Assembly (NCBI GenBank): GCA_022822265.1 | Contig: JAJECA010000050.1 | Span: forward strand, 81,075 to 145,074 | Length of the DNA stretch: 64,000 bases | Direction: 5' to 3' | Source: Acidimicrobiia bacterium | Lineage (GTDB): Bacteria; Actinomycetota; Acidimicrobiia; Acidimicrobiales; Bin134 | Part shown: one piece after another, positions 46,453 through 56,242 of the stretch | Numbering within the stretch: the first letter of the stretch is position 1 | How the letters are laid out: each line of letters opens with the position of its first letter | Notes under the pieces: model-generated | Told to the model about the DNA's origin: nothing | Seen by the model: only the letters and a program-made list of their open reading frames with translations | The model's database searches: none | Program-made: the position numbers and the translations under genes

Positions 46453-47282
46453 CTGACGACTACCAGGACATCGCCTATTCGGTAGACGACCGGGTGGCGG
46501 TGATCACGCTGAACCGGCCCGAGAAGCTGAACGCATTCAGCACGCTGATGGGCACCGAGCTAGCCGACGCCCTGCGCCGCAGCGACGCCGACGAAGAGGT
46601 TCGGGCAGTGGTGATCACCGGTGCGGGACGGGCGTTTTGCGCCGGGGCCGACTTTTCCGGCGGACCGGGCGTTTTCGGCGCCCCCAACCCCGACAGCTTC
46701 CGCTCTGACGCTCTTGAGTTCCACCCCTGGGACGTGCGCAAGCCGGTCATCGCCGCCATCAACGGCCATGCGGTGGGCCTGGGCATGACCATGGCCCTTC
46801 AATGCGACATCCGCTACATCGCCGCCGACGCCCGATGGGGCATCGTGCAGAACCGCCGGGGAGTGCTGCCCGACTTCCGGTCCCACTGGACCCTGCCCCG
46901 CACCGTGGGCCACGCCAAGGCATTGGAGATCCTGCTCACCGGGCAGATGTATACCGGCGAAGAGGCCGCCCAGATGGGCTTGGCCACCGCCGCCCTGCCT
47001 GCCGATGAGGTATTGCCCACCGCCTTGGAGACCGCCCGCGACATTGCTGTCAACGTGGCCCCGGTGTCGGTGGCCCTCAGCAAGCGCCTCTTGTGGACCA
47101 CCTCACCCGGCGACCAAGGGGTGATCAACGAGTTGGAGCGCCGCATTCACCTCCACGTCATGGGCCAGCCCGACGCCACCGAGGGGGTTATGGCCTTTAT
47201 GGAGAAGCGCCCCCCGGAATGGTCGCTCACCCTGGCCGACCACTGGCCCGACTGGATGCCCTCTGCCACTGAGGACGAGTAG
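46449..47282 (+). CDS. Enoyl-CoA hydratase/isomerase family
   Basis: ITLNRPEKLNAF, GAGRAFCAGADF, AAINGHAVGLG. The GTG start overlaps the ATPase stop (GTGA). Confidence 0.85.
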   Translation: MTDDYQDIAYSVDDRVAVITLNRPEKLNAFSTLMGTELADALRRSDADEEVRAVVITGAGRAFCAGADFSGGPGVFGAPNPDSFRSDALEFHPWDVRKPVIAAINGHAVGLGMTMALQCDIRYIAADARWGIVQNRRGVLPDFRSHWTLPRTVGHAKALEILLTGQMYTGEEAAQMGLATAALPADEVLPTALETARDIAVNVAPVSVALSKRLLWTTSPGDQGVINELERRIHLHVMGQPDATEGVMAFMEKRPPEWSLTLADHWPDWMPSATEDE

Positions 47283-47329
47283 AGCCACCCAAGACGAGTA
47301 GAGCCGCTGAAGGTCTGTAGGGTCGGGCC

Positions 47330-48301
47330 ATGCGCATCGGCATCTACATGGACCTGCGGAACCCTCCGGAATGGCGAAAGCCCTGGCCCGACTTCTATCG
47401 GCAGTCACTGGATCTGGCCGTGCAGGCCGAGGAGTGGGGGGCCGACTCGGTGTGGCTCAGCGAGCACCACTTCTTCGAGGACGGCTATCTGCCCCAGCCC
47501 CTCACCTTCGCCGCCGCGGTGGCGGCCCGAACCGAGCGCATCCGCATCGGCACCGCGGTGCTGTTGGCCCCGCTGCGCCTGGCCCCCCAGATCGCCGAGG
47601 AGGCCGCGGTGACCGACCAGATCAGCAACGGCCGGATCGACCTGGGGCTGGGCGCGGGCTACGTGTACGACGAATTCGAGGCCTACGGAGCCGATCTGTC
47701 CAGGCGCTACACGATCACCGACCAGCGGGTGCGGGAGGTGCGAGAACTGCTCGACGGGGGTGTCGTCACCCCGCCGGCGGTACAGAACCCCTTCCCCATC
47801 TGGCTGGGCTACCAAGGCCCCCAGGGCGCCCGCCGGGCTGGTCGGCTGGGTTGTGGCCTGCTGTCCATCAACCAGTCGTCTCTGGAGCCCTACGTCGAGG
47901 GGCTGGCCGAGGGCGGTCACGACCCGGGCGTCGCCAAGATGGCCGGGATAGTGAGCCTGGTGGTGGCTGACGATCCCGAGGAGGCATATGAGCGCATCCT
48001 CCCCCACTTGGCCTGGCAGCTCAACACTTACCGGGCCGCGGGGGCGTCGGGCACCGGCAAGACCCCCAGCCCCCTGACGGTGGAGAAGCTGCGGGAGCGG
48101 CGCAGCACCATGGGGGTCATCTCCCCGCTGGAGGTACTCACCCCCGACGACGCCATTGCGCACTTGCGGGGTTTGTCCGAGGGCATCCCCATGGTGGAGG
48201 CCTACTGCTGGACCAGCATCGCCGGCATGCCCGACGACCTGGCCTATCGCCATGCCGAACTGCTGTGTACTGCGGTGAGGGAAGGAGCGGCTGAACTATG
48301 A
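47330..48301 (+). CDS. LLM-class flavin/F420-dependent oxidoreductase
   Basis: WGADSVWLSEHHF, GRIDLGLGAGY. Confidence 0.85.
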   Translation: MRIGIYMDLRNPPEWRKPWPDFYRQSLDLAVQAEEWGADSVWLSEHHFFEDGYLPQPLTFAAAVAARTERIRIGTAVLLAPLRLAPQIAEEAAVTDQISNGRIDLGLGAGYVYDEFEAYGADLSRRYTITDQRVREVRELLDGGVVTPPAVQNPFPIWLGYQGPQGARRAGRLGCGLLSINQSSLEPYVEGLAEGGHDPGVAKMAGIVSLVVADDPEEAYERILPHLAWQLNTYRAAGASGTGKTPSPLTVEKLRERRSTMGVISPLEVLTPDDAIAHLRGLSEGIPMVEAYCWTSIAGMPDDLAYRHAELLCTAVREGAAEL

Positions 48302-49125
48302 GCAACTCGTCTGAGAACCTGCCGCTGGCCGATATGGCCGCCCTGGTCACCGGGGGCGCCGGTGGCATCGGCCGGTCCACGGCCCGGCTGCTAGTGGCCG
48401 ACGGCGCCCATGTGGTGATCGCCAGCCGCAGCGAGGGCCACCTGCAAGAGGTGGCCGACGAGTTGGCCCCGCTAGCCGCCGAGGCCGGTGGGTCGATCCG
48501 CTGGACCGCCTGCGATGCCACCGACAGCGATCAGGTCCAGGCCGCGGTGGCGCTGGCCGCCGAGCCCACCGGCCGGCTCGACATGGCGGTTTCGGTCCCC
48601 GGCGGCGGCGCCATGGCCGCGGTGCTCGACTACGAGCCCGAGCAAGTGGCGGAAACAGTCAGCTTCAACGTGGTGGTGCCGTTCATCATGATCAAGTACG
48701 CCGGAAGACACATGGCCGAGGCCGGGGGCGGCTCAATCGTGGCGGTGTCGTCCACCTCGGCCATCCAGTCGTGCCGCTTCTTGGCCCCTTACTGCGCAGG
48801 CAAAGCCGGAGTGGACGCCCTGGTGCGGGTGGCCGCCGACGAGCTGGGGGCCCTCAATGTTCGGGTCAACGCCGTGCGCCCGGGGCTGACCGCAACCGAC
48901 ACCACCCAGGGTCTGGTGAACAACGACTCCGTAGTAGCCCAGTACCTCGACCAGCAGCCCCTCCAGCGCATCGGCCGCCCCGACGATGTCGCCGGAGCCA
49001 TCCGCTACCTGGCCGGACCGGAGTCGAGCTTCACCACCGGCCAGTTCATCACCGTTGACGGGGGCCACACCCTGCGCTCGTTCGTGGACTTCACCGACGT
49101 GGTGGCCGCCCGCGCCTCAAGTTGA
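48298..49125 (+). CDS. SDR-family oxidoreductase
   Basis: ALVTGGAGGIGR, YCAGKAG. ATGA coupling to the LLM gene. Confidence 0.88.
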   Translation: MSNSSENLPLADMAALVTGGAGGIGRSTARLLVADGAHVVIASRSEGHLQEVADELAPLAAEAGGSIRWTACDATDSDQVQAAVALAAEPTGRLDMAVSVPGGGAMAAVLDYEPEQVAETVSFNVVVPFIMIKYAGRHMAEAGGGSIVAVSSTSAIQSCRFLAPYCAGKAGVDALVRVAADELGALNVRVNAVRPGLTATDTTQGLVNNDSVVAQYLDQQPLQRIGRPDDVAGAIRYLAGPESSFTTGQFITVDGGHTLRSFVDFTDVVAARASS

Positions 49126-49165
49126 GCAGAGGCAGCGTATCGGGACACGGGTAGGCTCTCGGCCC

Positions 49166-50107
49166 ATGCGAGCAGTTGGAGTCATAGAGTACGGCGGGCC
49201 TGAGGCACTGGAGGTAGTGGAGTTGCCCACCCCCGAGGCTGGCCCCGGTCAGGTGAGGGTCCGGGTGCGGGCCACCGCGGTCAGCCCCACCGATACCCAT
49301 GTGAGGGCCGGCACACGGGCCGAGCAGCAGGCCAAGACCGGTCCGCCGCCCTATATACCGGGCATGGACGTGGCCGGAGTGCTGGACCAGATCGGAGAGG
49401 GCGCCCAAACCGACCTAAAAGTGGGCGATCATGTGATGGCCATGGTGGTGCCCATGGGATCGCACGGGGCCTACTCGGAATATGTGGTGCTGTCGGCGGA
49501 ATCAGTGGCCGGGATGCCGGCGGGCTCGTCGTTCGCCGAGGCCAGCACTCTGCCCATGAACGGCCTCACCGCCCGATTGAGCCTGGACCAACTCGCCCTC
49601 CAACCCGGCCAGACGCTGGCGGTCACCGGGGCGGCCGGGTGCTACGGCGGCTACATGGTGGAGCTGGCCAAGGCCGACGGCTTGCGGGTGATAGCTGATT
49701 CCTCCGAGGCCGACGAGGAGCTGGTGGCCTCGTTCGGGGCCGACGTGATTGTGCGCCGGGGAGATGACGTGGCCGACCGGATCAGAGAACATGCCCCAGA
49801 CGGCGTGGATGGCCTGGCCGACGGGTCGGTGCAGATGGAGCCGTTGGTGGCCGCGGTGCGCGACGGCGGAGGCTTCGCCTCGGTGCGGGGTTGGCCGGGC
49901 AACGGCGAGCGGGGCATCCAATTCCACATCACCTGGGTGTTCGCATACGACAAGGACTACGCCCGCCTCGACCGCCTTCGCCAACAGGCCGAAGACGGCC
50001 AGGTGTCCCTGCGGGTGGCCGGCACCGTCCCCATGGAGAACGCCTCAGAAGCTCACGCCCGATTGGAAGCTGGCGGCACTCGCGGCCGCTGGGTCATCGA
50101 GTTCTGA
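49166..50107 (+). CDS. Zinc-type/MDR NADPH:quinone oxidoreductase family
   Basis: MRAVGVIEYGGPEALEVVELPTPEAGPGQVRVRV, VTGAAGCYGG. Confidence 0.85.
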   Translation: MRAVGVIEYGGPEALEVVELPTPEAGPGQVRVRVRATAVSPTDTHVRAGTRAEQQAKTGPPPYIPGMDVAGVLDQIGEGAQTDLKVGDHVMAMVVPMGSHGAYSEYVVLSAESVAGMPAGSSFAEASTLPMNGLTARLSLDQLALQPGQTLAVTGAAGCYGGYMVELAKADGLRVIADSSEADEELVASFGADVIVRRGDDVADRIREHAPDGVDGLADGSVQMEPLVAAVRDGGGFASVRGWPGNGERGIQFHITWVFAYDKDYARLDRLRQQAEDGQVSLRVAGTVPMENASEAHARLEAGGTRGRWVIEF

Positions 50108-50134
50108 GCAGCTCTCCAAGAGCTGCCTAAGGGG

Positions 50135-50605
50135 CTAGCTCAGCGCCTTGATGTCGGCGATGATCACGGCGGCGTGCTCAGCCAAATCCTGACCTTCAAG
50201 GTCATAGGTCTTGGCCACCATGCCGTCGGGTGAGATCAGATAGCTGATCCGCCGGGGCAAGCCATATTCGAAGTAGGGCTCGCCCTCGGCCCGCTCGGCG
50301 TCGTAGGCCCGCCCCACGGCCCGGTCGGGGTCGGAGATCAGCGCGAACGGGAAGCTCTCGCCATCCACGAAGCCCTTCTGGTCCTCCACGGAGTCGAACG
50401 ACGCCCCCACCACTACGGCGTTCAGGGCCTCGAATTCGGAGATTCGATCACGGAATCCCTGTCCCTGAATCGTTCAACCCTTGGTGGACGCCTTTGGGTA
50501 CCACCAAAACGCCACCCAATTCCCCCGCAGATCAGCCAGCGACAGATCGTTCCCGTCTTGGTCGGGCGCGGTGAACTCCGGCGCCTTCGTTCCTTCGCTC
50601 AACAT
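50135..50605 (-). CDS. bcp: Bcp-type peroxiredoxin with selenocysteine (TGA at 50474-50476) at the peroxidatic position
   Basis: ORFs 50474..50659 and 50135..50413 are in one frame, separated only by this TGA. The read-through sequence is WWYPKASTKG-U-TIQGQGFRDRISEFEALNAVVVGASFDS, and it fits the PxxxTxxC motif of Bcp (E. coli YFYPKAMTPGCTVQACGLRD). ATG at 50605. Confidence 0.8.
50439..50459 (-). promoter_or_regulatory. Candidate SECIS hairpin
   Basis: On the minus-sense RNA, GGGAUUC-CGUGAUC-GAAUCUC forms 7 bp including one G-U pair, with GU in the loop, starting 14 nt after the UGA. Confidence 0.4.
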
Positions 50606-50697
50606 GAGTGGCGACCCTAGTACCGGCGGCCAGAGACAGAGCAGTTGGAAGCGCCACACTGCGAGTTGTGAAGGCCTGTGATCTTAGGATGCTCGCC

Positions 50698-51534
50698 ATG
50701 AAGCGATTTGAGGGCAAGAACGCCATCGTGACCGGAGCCAGCCGGGGCATCGGTAAAGGCATCGCCAAGCGGCTGGCCGCTGAAGGGGCCAATGTGGCCA
50801 TCACGGCCCGAACACTGGATTCCCATCCCACCCTGCCCGGCTCGCTCAACGAGACCCTGGCCGAGCTCAACGCCCATCCCGGCACCCACATCGCCATCCA
50901 AGCCGACCTGGCCGACGCCGACAGCCGAGCGACCATCGTGCCCCAGACCCGAGAAGCCCTAGGGCCCATCGACATTTTGGTCAACAACGCCGCCGCGGCC
51001 ATCTACCAGCCCATGGTTGGCTACCCGCTGAAGCGGCGCCGCCTGATGCTGGAGATCAACCTGCTGGCCCCCCACGATCTCATCGACGCGGTGCTGCCCG
51101 ACATGGAAACCGCCGGAGAAGGCTGGATCGTCAACCTTTCCAGCGCCACCGCCAACCTGGCCGTCGGCCCGCCGTTCCCGGCCGACGGAGTAAAGGGCAC
51201 TTTCGGCTTTTACGGCACCACCAAGGCAGCCCTGAACCGCATGACCAGCGCACTGGCCGTGGAACTGCACCCCCGCAATATCCGCATCAACACCATCGAA
51301 CCGCAGGCCGCGGTGTTGTCGGAAGGGGCAGACGAGCTGGTGGGCAACATCCTGCGCCCCGACCAAATCGAGTCGATGGAGGCCATGGTGGAGGCAGCCG
51401 TGGCCCTCTGCGACTGCCCCATAGACCGCTGCGGCGAAATCCTGTCCAGCCTCTCCCTGCTCGACGAACTAGACCTCACCGTAATGACCCTCGACGCCAG
51501 AGCCCCCTACCCCGGCGGCCACCGCCCCGTCTAG
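50698..51534 (+). CDS. SDR-family oxidoreductase
   Basis: AIVTGASRGIGKGIA, NNAA, YGTTKAA. ATG at 50698; the ORF-track extension to 50608 overlaps the divergent peroxiredoxin. Confidence 0.88.
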   Translation: MKRFEGKNAIVTGASRGIGKGIAKRLAAEGANVAITARTLDSHPTLPGSLNETLAELNAHPGTHIAIQADLADADSRATIVPQTREALGPIDILVNNAAAAIYQPMVGYPLKRRRLMLEINLLAPHDLIDAVLPDMETAGEGWIVNLSSATANLAVGPPFPADGVKGTFGFYGTTKAALNRMTSALAVELHPRNIRINTIEPQAAVLSEGADELVGNILRPDQIESMEAMVEAAVALCDCPIDRCGEILSSLSLLDELDLTVMTLDARAPYPGGHRPV

Positions 51535-51570
51535 GACAACTCAAGCGCTGATCTGTCAAACCGCTGTGAG

Positions 51571-53058
51571 CTAAGAAGATACCCAGCTGAGGGCTTGGAG
51601 TTCGCTGTAGGCGTGGAGGCCGAAGACGCCTCGGTCGCGGCCCACGCCGCTCATCTTGAAGCCGCCGAAGGGGGCGTGGACGTGGGGGGCCAGTGAGTTG
51701 ATGCCAACGTTGCCCGATTCGATTCGCTGGCCGATCTCGAAGGCCCGGGCGGGGCTATCGGCGAACACGTAGCTGAACAGGCCGTAGTGACTGTTGTTGG
51801 CCAACTCCACCGCGTGGTCGTCGCCGTCGTGGGGCATCACAGCCACCACCGGCCCGAAGATCTCCTCGGTCACCACCCGCATGTCTGGTTCGCAATCGGC
51901 CAGCAAGGTGGGGGCGACGAAGTAGCCGGGAAGGTCCGGGCGCTCCCCGCCGCACAGCATGGTGGCCCCATCGGCCACGCCGCTGGCTATGAAGTGCTCC
52001 ACCCGGTTGCGGTGCAGTTCGGTGATGACCGGGCCGACGATCGTCTCCCGGTCGAGCGCGTCGCCCACTTTGAGCATCCCCGCTACCGCGGTCAGCTTGT
52101 CCACCAGCTCGTCGTAGCGGGAGCGGTGGACGATTACCCGGGTGGGCGCGGTGCAAATCTGCCCGCTGTGGAGCCCCCATACCGAGGCGATGGCCCCCAC
52201 CGCGGCGTCCACGTTGCAGTCGTCGGTGAGAACGCAGGCCCCCTTGCCGCCCAGCTCCATGAGCAGGCGCTTCATGGTGGCTGCCCCGGCCCTCATGATC
52301 TTTACCCCCACCGAGGACGAACCGGTGAAGCTCACCATGTTCACGTCGGGCGATCCCACGAGTCCGGCCCCCGCCGCCGCCCCAGAACCGGTGATGATGT
52401 TGACCACGCCGGGGGGAAATCCGGCCTCCTCGATGATCTCCACCACCTTGATCATGGCCAGTGGATCCTGAGGCGCTGGCTTGATCACCACGGTGTTGCC
52501 CATGGCCAGCGCAGGAGCGACCTTGCCCGACACGTTGACCAGCGGGAAATTGTACGAGGTAATGCAGGCCACTACCCCCACCGGCTGGCGGATGACATGG
52601 GCTCCGGCCAAGCCACCCGGACCCAGCGGATTGGCCTCCACCGGGTAGGGCGCCATTGACTCGTCCAGGTCCACCGGAATCTCGTACTGGCGGAACCGGT
52701 CACCGCACGCGGGTAGCTGCACCGCCTCGGTGATGTTGATGGTGGCCCCGGTCTCCCCCTGAAGCAGCCCAGTCAGGCCGCCGATCCGCTCGTCGATCAG
52801 GTCAGCGGCCCGGCCCAAGAGGGCACACCGCTCGGCCATCGGCGTGTCCCGCCAGCCCGGCAGGGCCGCCTTGGCCGCGGCGGCAGCGTCGTTCACCTGG
52901 GAGACGGACGCCTCGGGGGCGTGGCCGATCACCTGGGTGGTGTTGGGATCGACGATCTCGTAGGTGCCCGCATCCGGGGTCACCCAGTCGCCTCCGATGA
53001 GCAGGCGATACTCCTCGTCGACGTTCAGCGGTTCCATTTCGGCCAGTGCCATGGCCAT
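51571..53058 (-). CDS. Aldehyde dehydrogenase family
   Basis: FTGSSSVG, ELGGKGA, and VWGLHSGQICTAPTR (catalytic Cys). Confidence 0.92.
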   Translation of the reverse strand: MAMALAEMEPLNVDEEYRLLIGGDWVTPDAGTYEIVDPNTTQVIGHAPEASVSQVNDAAAAAKAALPGWRDTPMAERCALLGRAADLIDERIGGLTGLLQGETGATINITEAVQLPACGDRFRQYEIPVDLDESMAPYPVEANPLGPGGLAGAHVIRQPVGVVACITSYNFPLVNVSGKVAPALAMGNTVVIKPAPQDPLAMIKVVEIIEEAGFPPGVVNIITGSGAAAGAGLVGSPDVNMVSFTGSSSVGVKIMRAGAATMKRLLMELGGKGACVLTDDCNVDAAVGAIASVWGLHSGQICTAPTRVIVHRSRYDELVDKLTAVAGMLKVGDALDRETIVGPVITELHRNRVEHFIASGVADGATMLCGGERPDLPGYFVAPTLLADCEPDMRVVTEEIFGPVVAVMPHDGDDHAVELANNSHYGLFSYVFADSPARAFEIGQRIESGNVGINSLAPHVHAPFGGFKMSGVGRDRGVFGLHAYSELQALSWVSS

Positions 53059-53102
53059 CTCCCCCTTGCCGGAATTCTCGCAACCCCAAACGGCTGGCTT
53101 GG

Positions 53103-54323
53103 CTACGCGGCGATTCCGTACTTCTCCAGGCTGTACAGCTCGATGGCGTTGCCCCGCAGCAGCTTGTAGGCCTCCTCATCGTCGAGCCCCGCCTGGGTCA
53201 CGATCCTGGTGGCGATTTCCTTGGTGTGCGGGAACGTGGAGTCGGCATGGGGGTAATCCACCTCGAAGGTGATCTGGTCCATGCCGATCAGGTCGCGGTT
53301 CCGCAGTCCCACCTCGTCGTCGAACATGCAGCCCCACACGTGGCCAGCGATATAAGACGACGGCGGGTTGGGCAGGTTCACCCCGAAATCGCCGTCGTCG
53401 TCATTGATCCGCTCTTCCCACAGCTTGTCCATGCGCTCGATCACATAGGGCATCCACCCCACCTGGCCCTCGCTGTAGGCCACCCGCAGGCCGGGATACC
53501 GCTCGAACACCCCGGAGAGGATGTAGTCGCACATCGAGCCCATGGCGTTGCTGAAGGTGATGGTGGAGCTGACCGCGAACGGCGCGTCGGGCGATGTGGT
53601 CGGCATCTTCGAGGAGGAGCCGATGTGCATGTTCACCACCGTCCCGGTCTCCTCGCAGGCAGCAAAGAACGGCTCCCAGAACCCGCTGGGGTCGTGGATC
53701 GACGGCAAGCCCAAGTGGTAGGGGTTCTCGGAGAAAGCCACCGCGAAGCTGCCCTTGTCGGCGCAGCGGTGGATCTCCTGGGCGGCCAGTTGGGCGTCCC
53801 AAAGCGGGATGATGGTCAGCGGGATCAGCCTCCCCTTGCCGTCCCCAGCACACCACTCGTCGATCATCCAGTCGTTGTAGGCCTTGACGCACAAAAGGGC
53901 CAGCTCCTTGTCCTCCCGCTCGTGGAAGGTCTGGCCGCAGAACCGGGGCAGCACGTTGGGAAAGCAGATTGACGCATCCACATGGTTGGCCTCCATGTCT
54001 TCGAGGCGCTCCTTCTGCTTCCAGCACCCTGGCAGGATCTCATCGAACGTCACCGGGGTATTGGTGAGCGGCTCGAATCCGATGGCCGCCGAGAGCTTGG
54101 GGAACGGGTAGATCAGGTCGTCGTAGAGCCACCAGTCTCCCCATGTGCCGTCGGGCGACCCCTTCTCGTAGCTGAATACCCCGCCCTCGAAGTGGAAGGT
54201 GGCCTTGTCCCGCTCCACCCGGGGACAGCGGTCGTGGTACTTGCGGGGCAAACGCTCAGTCCACAGGTCGGGCGGCTCGACCACGTGGTCGTCCACGGAG
54301 ATGATGCGGGGGATCTCAGCCAT
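53103..54323 (-). CDS. Amidohydrolase_2 family metal-dependent hydrolase
   Basis: ISVDDHVVEPP..., VDYPHADSTFPHT. Paralogue of the 23716 gene. An alternative upstream ATG lies at 54359. Confidence 0.85.
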   Translation of the reverse strand: MAEIPRIISVDDHVVEPPDLWTERLPRKYHDRCPRVERDKATFHFEGGVFSYEKGSPDGTWGDWWLYDDLIYPFPKLSAAIGFEPLTNTPVTFDEILPGCWKQKERLEDMEANHVDASICFPNVLPRFCGQTFHEREDKELALLCVKAYNDWMIDEWCAGDGKGRLIPLTIIPLWDAQLAAQEIHRCADKGSFAVAFSENPYHLGLPSIHDPSGFWEPFFAACEETGTVVNMHIGSSSKMPTTSPDAPFAVSSTITFSNAMGSMCDYILSGVFERYPGLRVAYSEGQVGWMPYVIERMDKLWEERINDDDGDFGVNLPNPPSSYIAGHVWGCMFDDEVGLRNRDLIGMDQITFEVDYPHADSTFPHTKEIATRIVTQAGLDDEEAYKLLRGNAIELYSLEKYGIAA

Positions 54324-54449
54324 GGGCAGGAAGCTTACCGATGCTTCAGCCCAAGCCATTCACCCAACACCCGGTTCTTCGCCAACGAACCCAGGCATCG
54401 CCTAGATTATTGGCCGAGCGTGCGAACCAGCGCGCACAAGGGGCGAACC

Positions 54450-56168
54450 ATGTTTGACACCATCATCAAGGGCGGAGACATCGTCGACGGCACCGGCGGC
54501 CCTCGCTACCGGGGCGACCTGGGCCTGCAAGGCGGCCGAATTTCCGCCATCGGCGATCTGAGCGCGGCCGAGGCGGCCAATACGGTGGACGCGGCCGGCA
54601 AGGCCGTGTGCCCCGGCTTCATCGACGTGCACACCCACCTCGACGCCCAGGTGTTCTGGGACACCACGCTGAGCCCATCACCCCTGCACGGGGTGACCAG
54701 CGTGATCGGGGGCAACTGCGGGTTCACCATCGCACCGCTCACCGATGATCCCGCCGACGGTGAGTACCTGATGCAGATGCTGGCCCGGGTGGAGGGCATG
54801 CCCCTGGAGTCGCTCCAGGTGGGGGTTCCGTGGAACTGGCGCTCCACCGCCGAGTATTTCGACGCCTTCGACGGCACCCTTTCGATCAACACCGCCTTCA
54901 AGGTGGGCCACTCGGCACTGCGCCGGGTGGTCATGGGGCCGGAATGCGTCAAGCGCGAGGCCACCCCCGAGGAGCTGGCCCAGATGCAGGACCTGCTCCG
55001 GGCCGGCTTGGAGGCCGGTGCGCTGGGGTTCTCCTCCTCCTACGCCCGCACCCACAACGACCCGTTCGGCAACATGGTGCCCAGCCGCTACGCCAGCCGG
55101 GAGGAGCTGGTGGAGCTGGCCCGGGTGTGCTCGGAGTACCCGGGCACCTCGTTGGAGCTGATTCCCTGTGTCGGTCCGTTCGACGATGCCGCCATCAACC
55201 TGATGACCGACATGTCGGTGGCGGCCCAGACCCAACTCAACTGGAACGTGATGACCGTGGCCGAGGGCAACCTGGACGAGTGCTACGCCAAGCTGGAGGC
55301 CAGCGACCACGCCAAGGCCAACGGTGGCAAGGTGGTGGCCCTCACCGTGCCCATGGCCTTCTCGGTTCGCCTCAGCATGGCCGGCGGCTTCGTGCTCGAC
55401 GCCCTGCCCGACTGGGAGGGCGCCATGCTGGCCCCGCCCCCCGAGAAGATGGCGCTGTTGGCCAATCAGGCCGAGCGCGATCGCCTCGACGAGCTGGCCC
55501 AGCAGCCCGGGCCCCTAAAGGGACTGGCCGACTGGTCCACGAAGATCATCTTCGACACGTTCGCCCCAGAGAACGAGCAGTACCGGGGCCGCACCGTGGG
55601 CCAGATTGCCGAGGACGAGGGCAAGAAGCCCTTCGACGCCCTGTGCGACATCGTGGTGGCCGACGAGCTGAAGACCTCCTTCGGTACTCCGCCGCCGGTG
55701 TCGTCCACCGAGGACTGGAAGGCCCGCATGGAGATCTGGCGGGACGGCCGAGCGGTGATCGGCGCCTCCGACGCCGGAGCCCACCTCGACTTGTTCATGA
55801 CCGCCAACTACGCCACGTCCATGCTCGGCCAGTGCATGCGGGAGCGGGAGCTCATCTCGACCGAGGAGGCCGTCCATCTGATGACCGACGTGCAGGCCCA
55901 GCTGTACGGCCTCAAAGAGCGGGGCCAGCTCCAAGAGGGCTGGCACGGCGACGTGGTGGTGATCGACGAGTCTCAGGTGGGGGCCAAGCCCCTCACGGTG
56001 GTGGCCGACCTGCCCGCCGGCGCTCCCCGCCTGTACGGTGAGGCCGACGGCATCGACCACGTGTTTTGCAACGGCGAGGAGATCGTTCGGGACGGGCAGT
56101 TCACCGACGCTCGACCGGGCAAGCACCTTCGCAGCGGAAGCGACACCGAGCGAGTAGACCTCTCCTAG
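54450..56168 (+). CDS. N-acyl-D-amino-acid deacylase (D-aminoacylase) family amidohydrolase
   Basis: MFDTIIKGGDIVDGTG..., GFIDVHTHLD, and about 570 aa. Confidence 0.85.
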   Translation: MFDTIIKGGDIVDGTGGPRYRGDLGLQGGRISAIGDLSAAEAANTVDAAGKAVCPGFIDVHTHLDAQVFWDTTLSPSPLHGVTSVIGGNCGFTIAPLTDDPADGEYLMQMLARVEGMPLESLQVGVPWNWRSTAEYFDAFDGTLSINTAFKVGHSALRRVVMGPECVKREATPEELAQMQDLLRAGLEAGALGFSSSYARTHNDPFGNMVPSRYASREELVELARVCSEYPGTSLELIPCVGPFDDAAINLMTDMSVAAQTQLNWNVMTVAEGNLDECYAKLEASDHAKANGGKVVALTVPMAFSVRLSMAGGFVLDALPDWEGAMLAPPPEKMALLANQAERDRLDELAQQPGPLKGLADWSTKIIFDTFAPENEQYRGRTVGQIAEDEGKKPFDALCDIVVADELKTSFGTPPPVSSTEDWKARMEIWRDGRAVIGASDAGAHLDLFMTANYATSMLGQCMRERELISTEEAVHLMTDVQAQLYGLKERGQLQEGWHGDVVVIDESQVGAKPLTVVADLPAGAPRLYGEADGIDHVFCNGEEIVRDGQFTDARPGKHLRSGSDTERVDLS

Positions 56169-56242
56169 ACTCCAGACTTCCCATCCCAATCGGCCCCAGG
56201 GGCCCCAATCCCAACCGATCACAAGCAATAACAGGAGCCACC

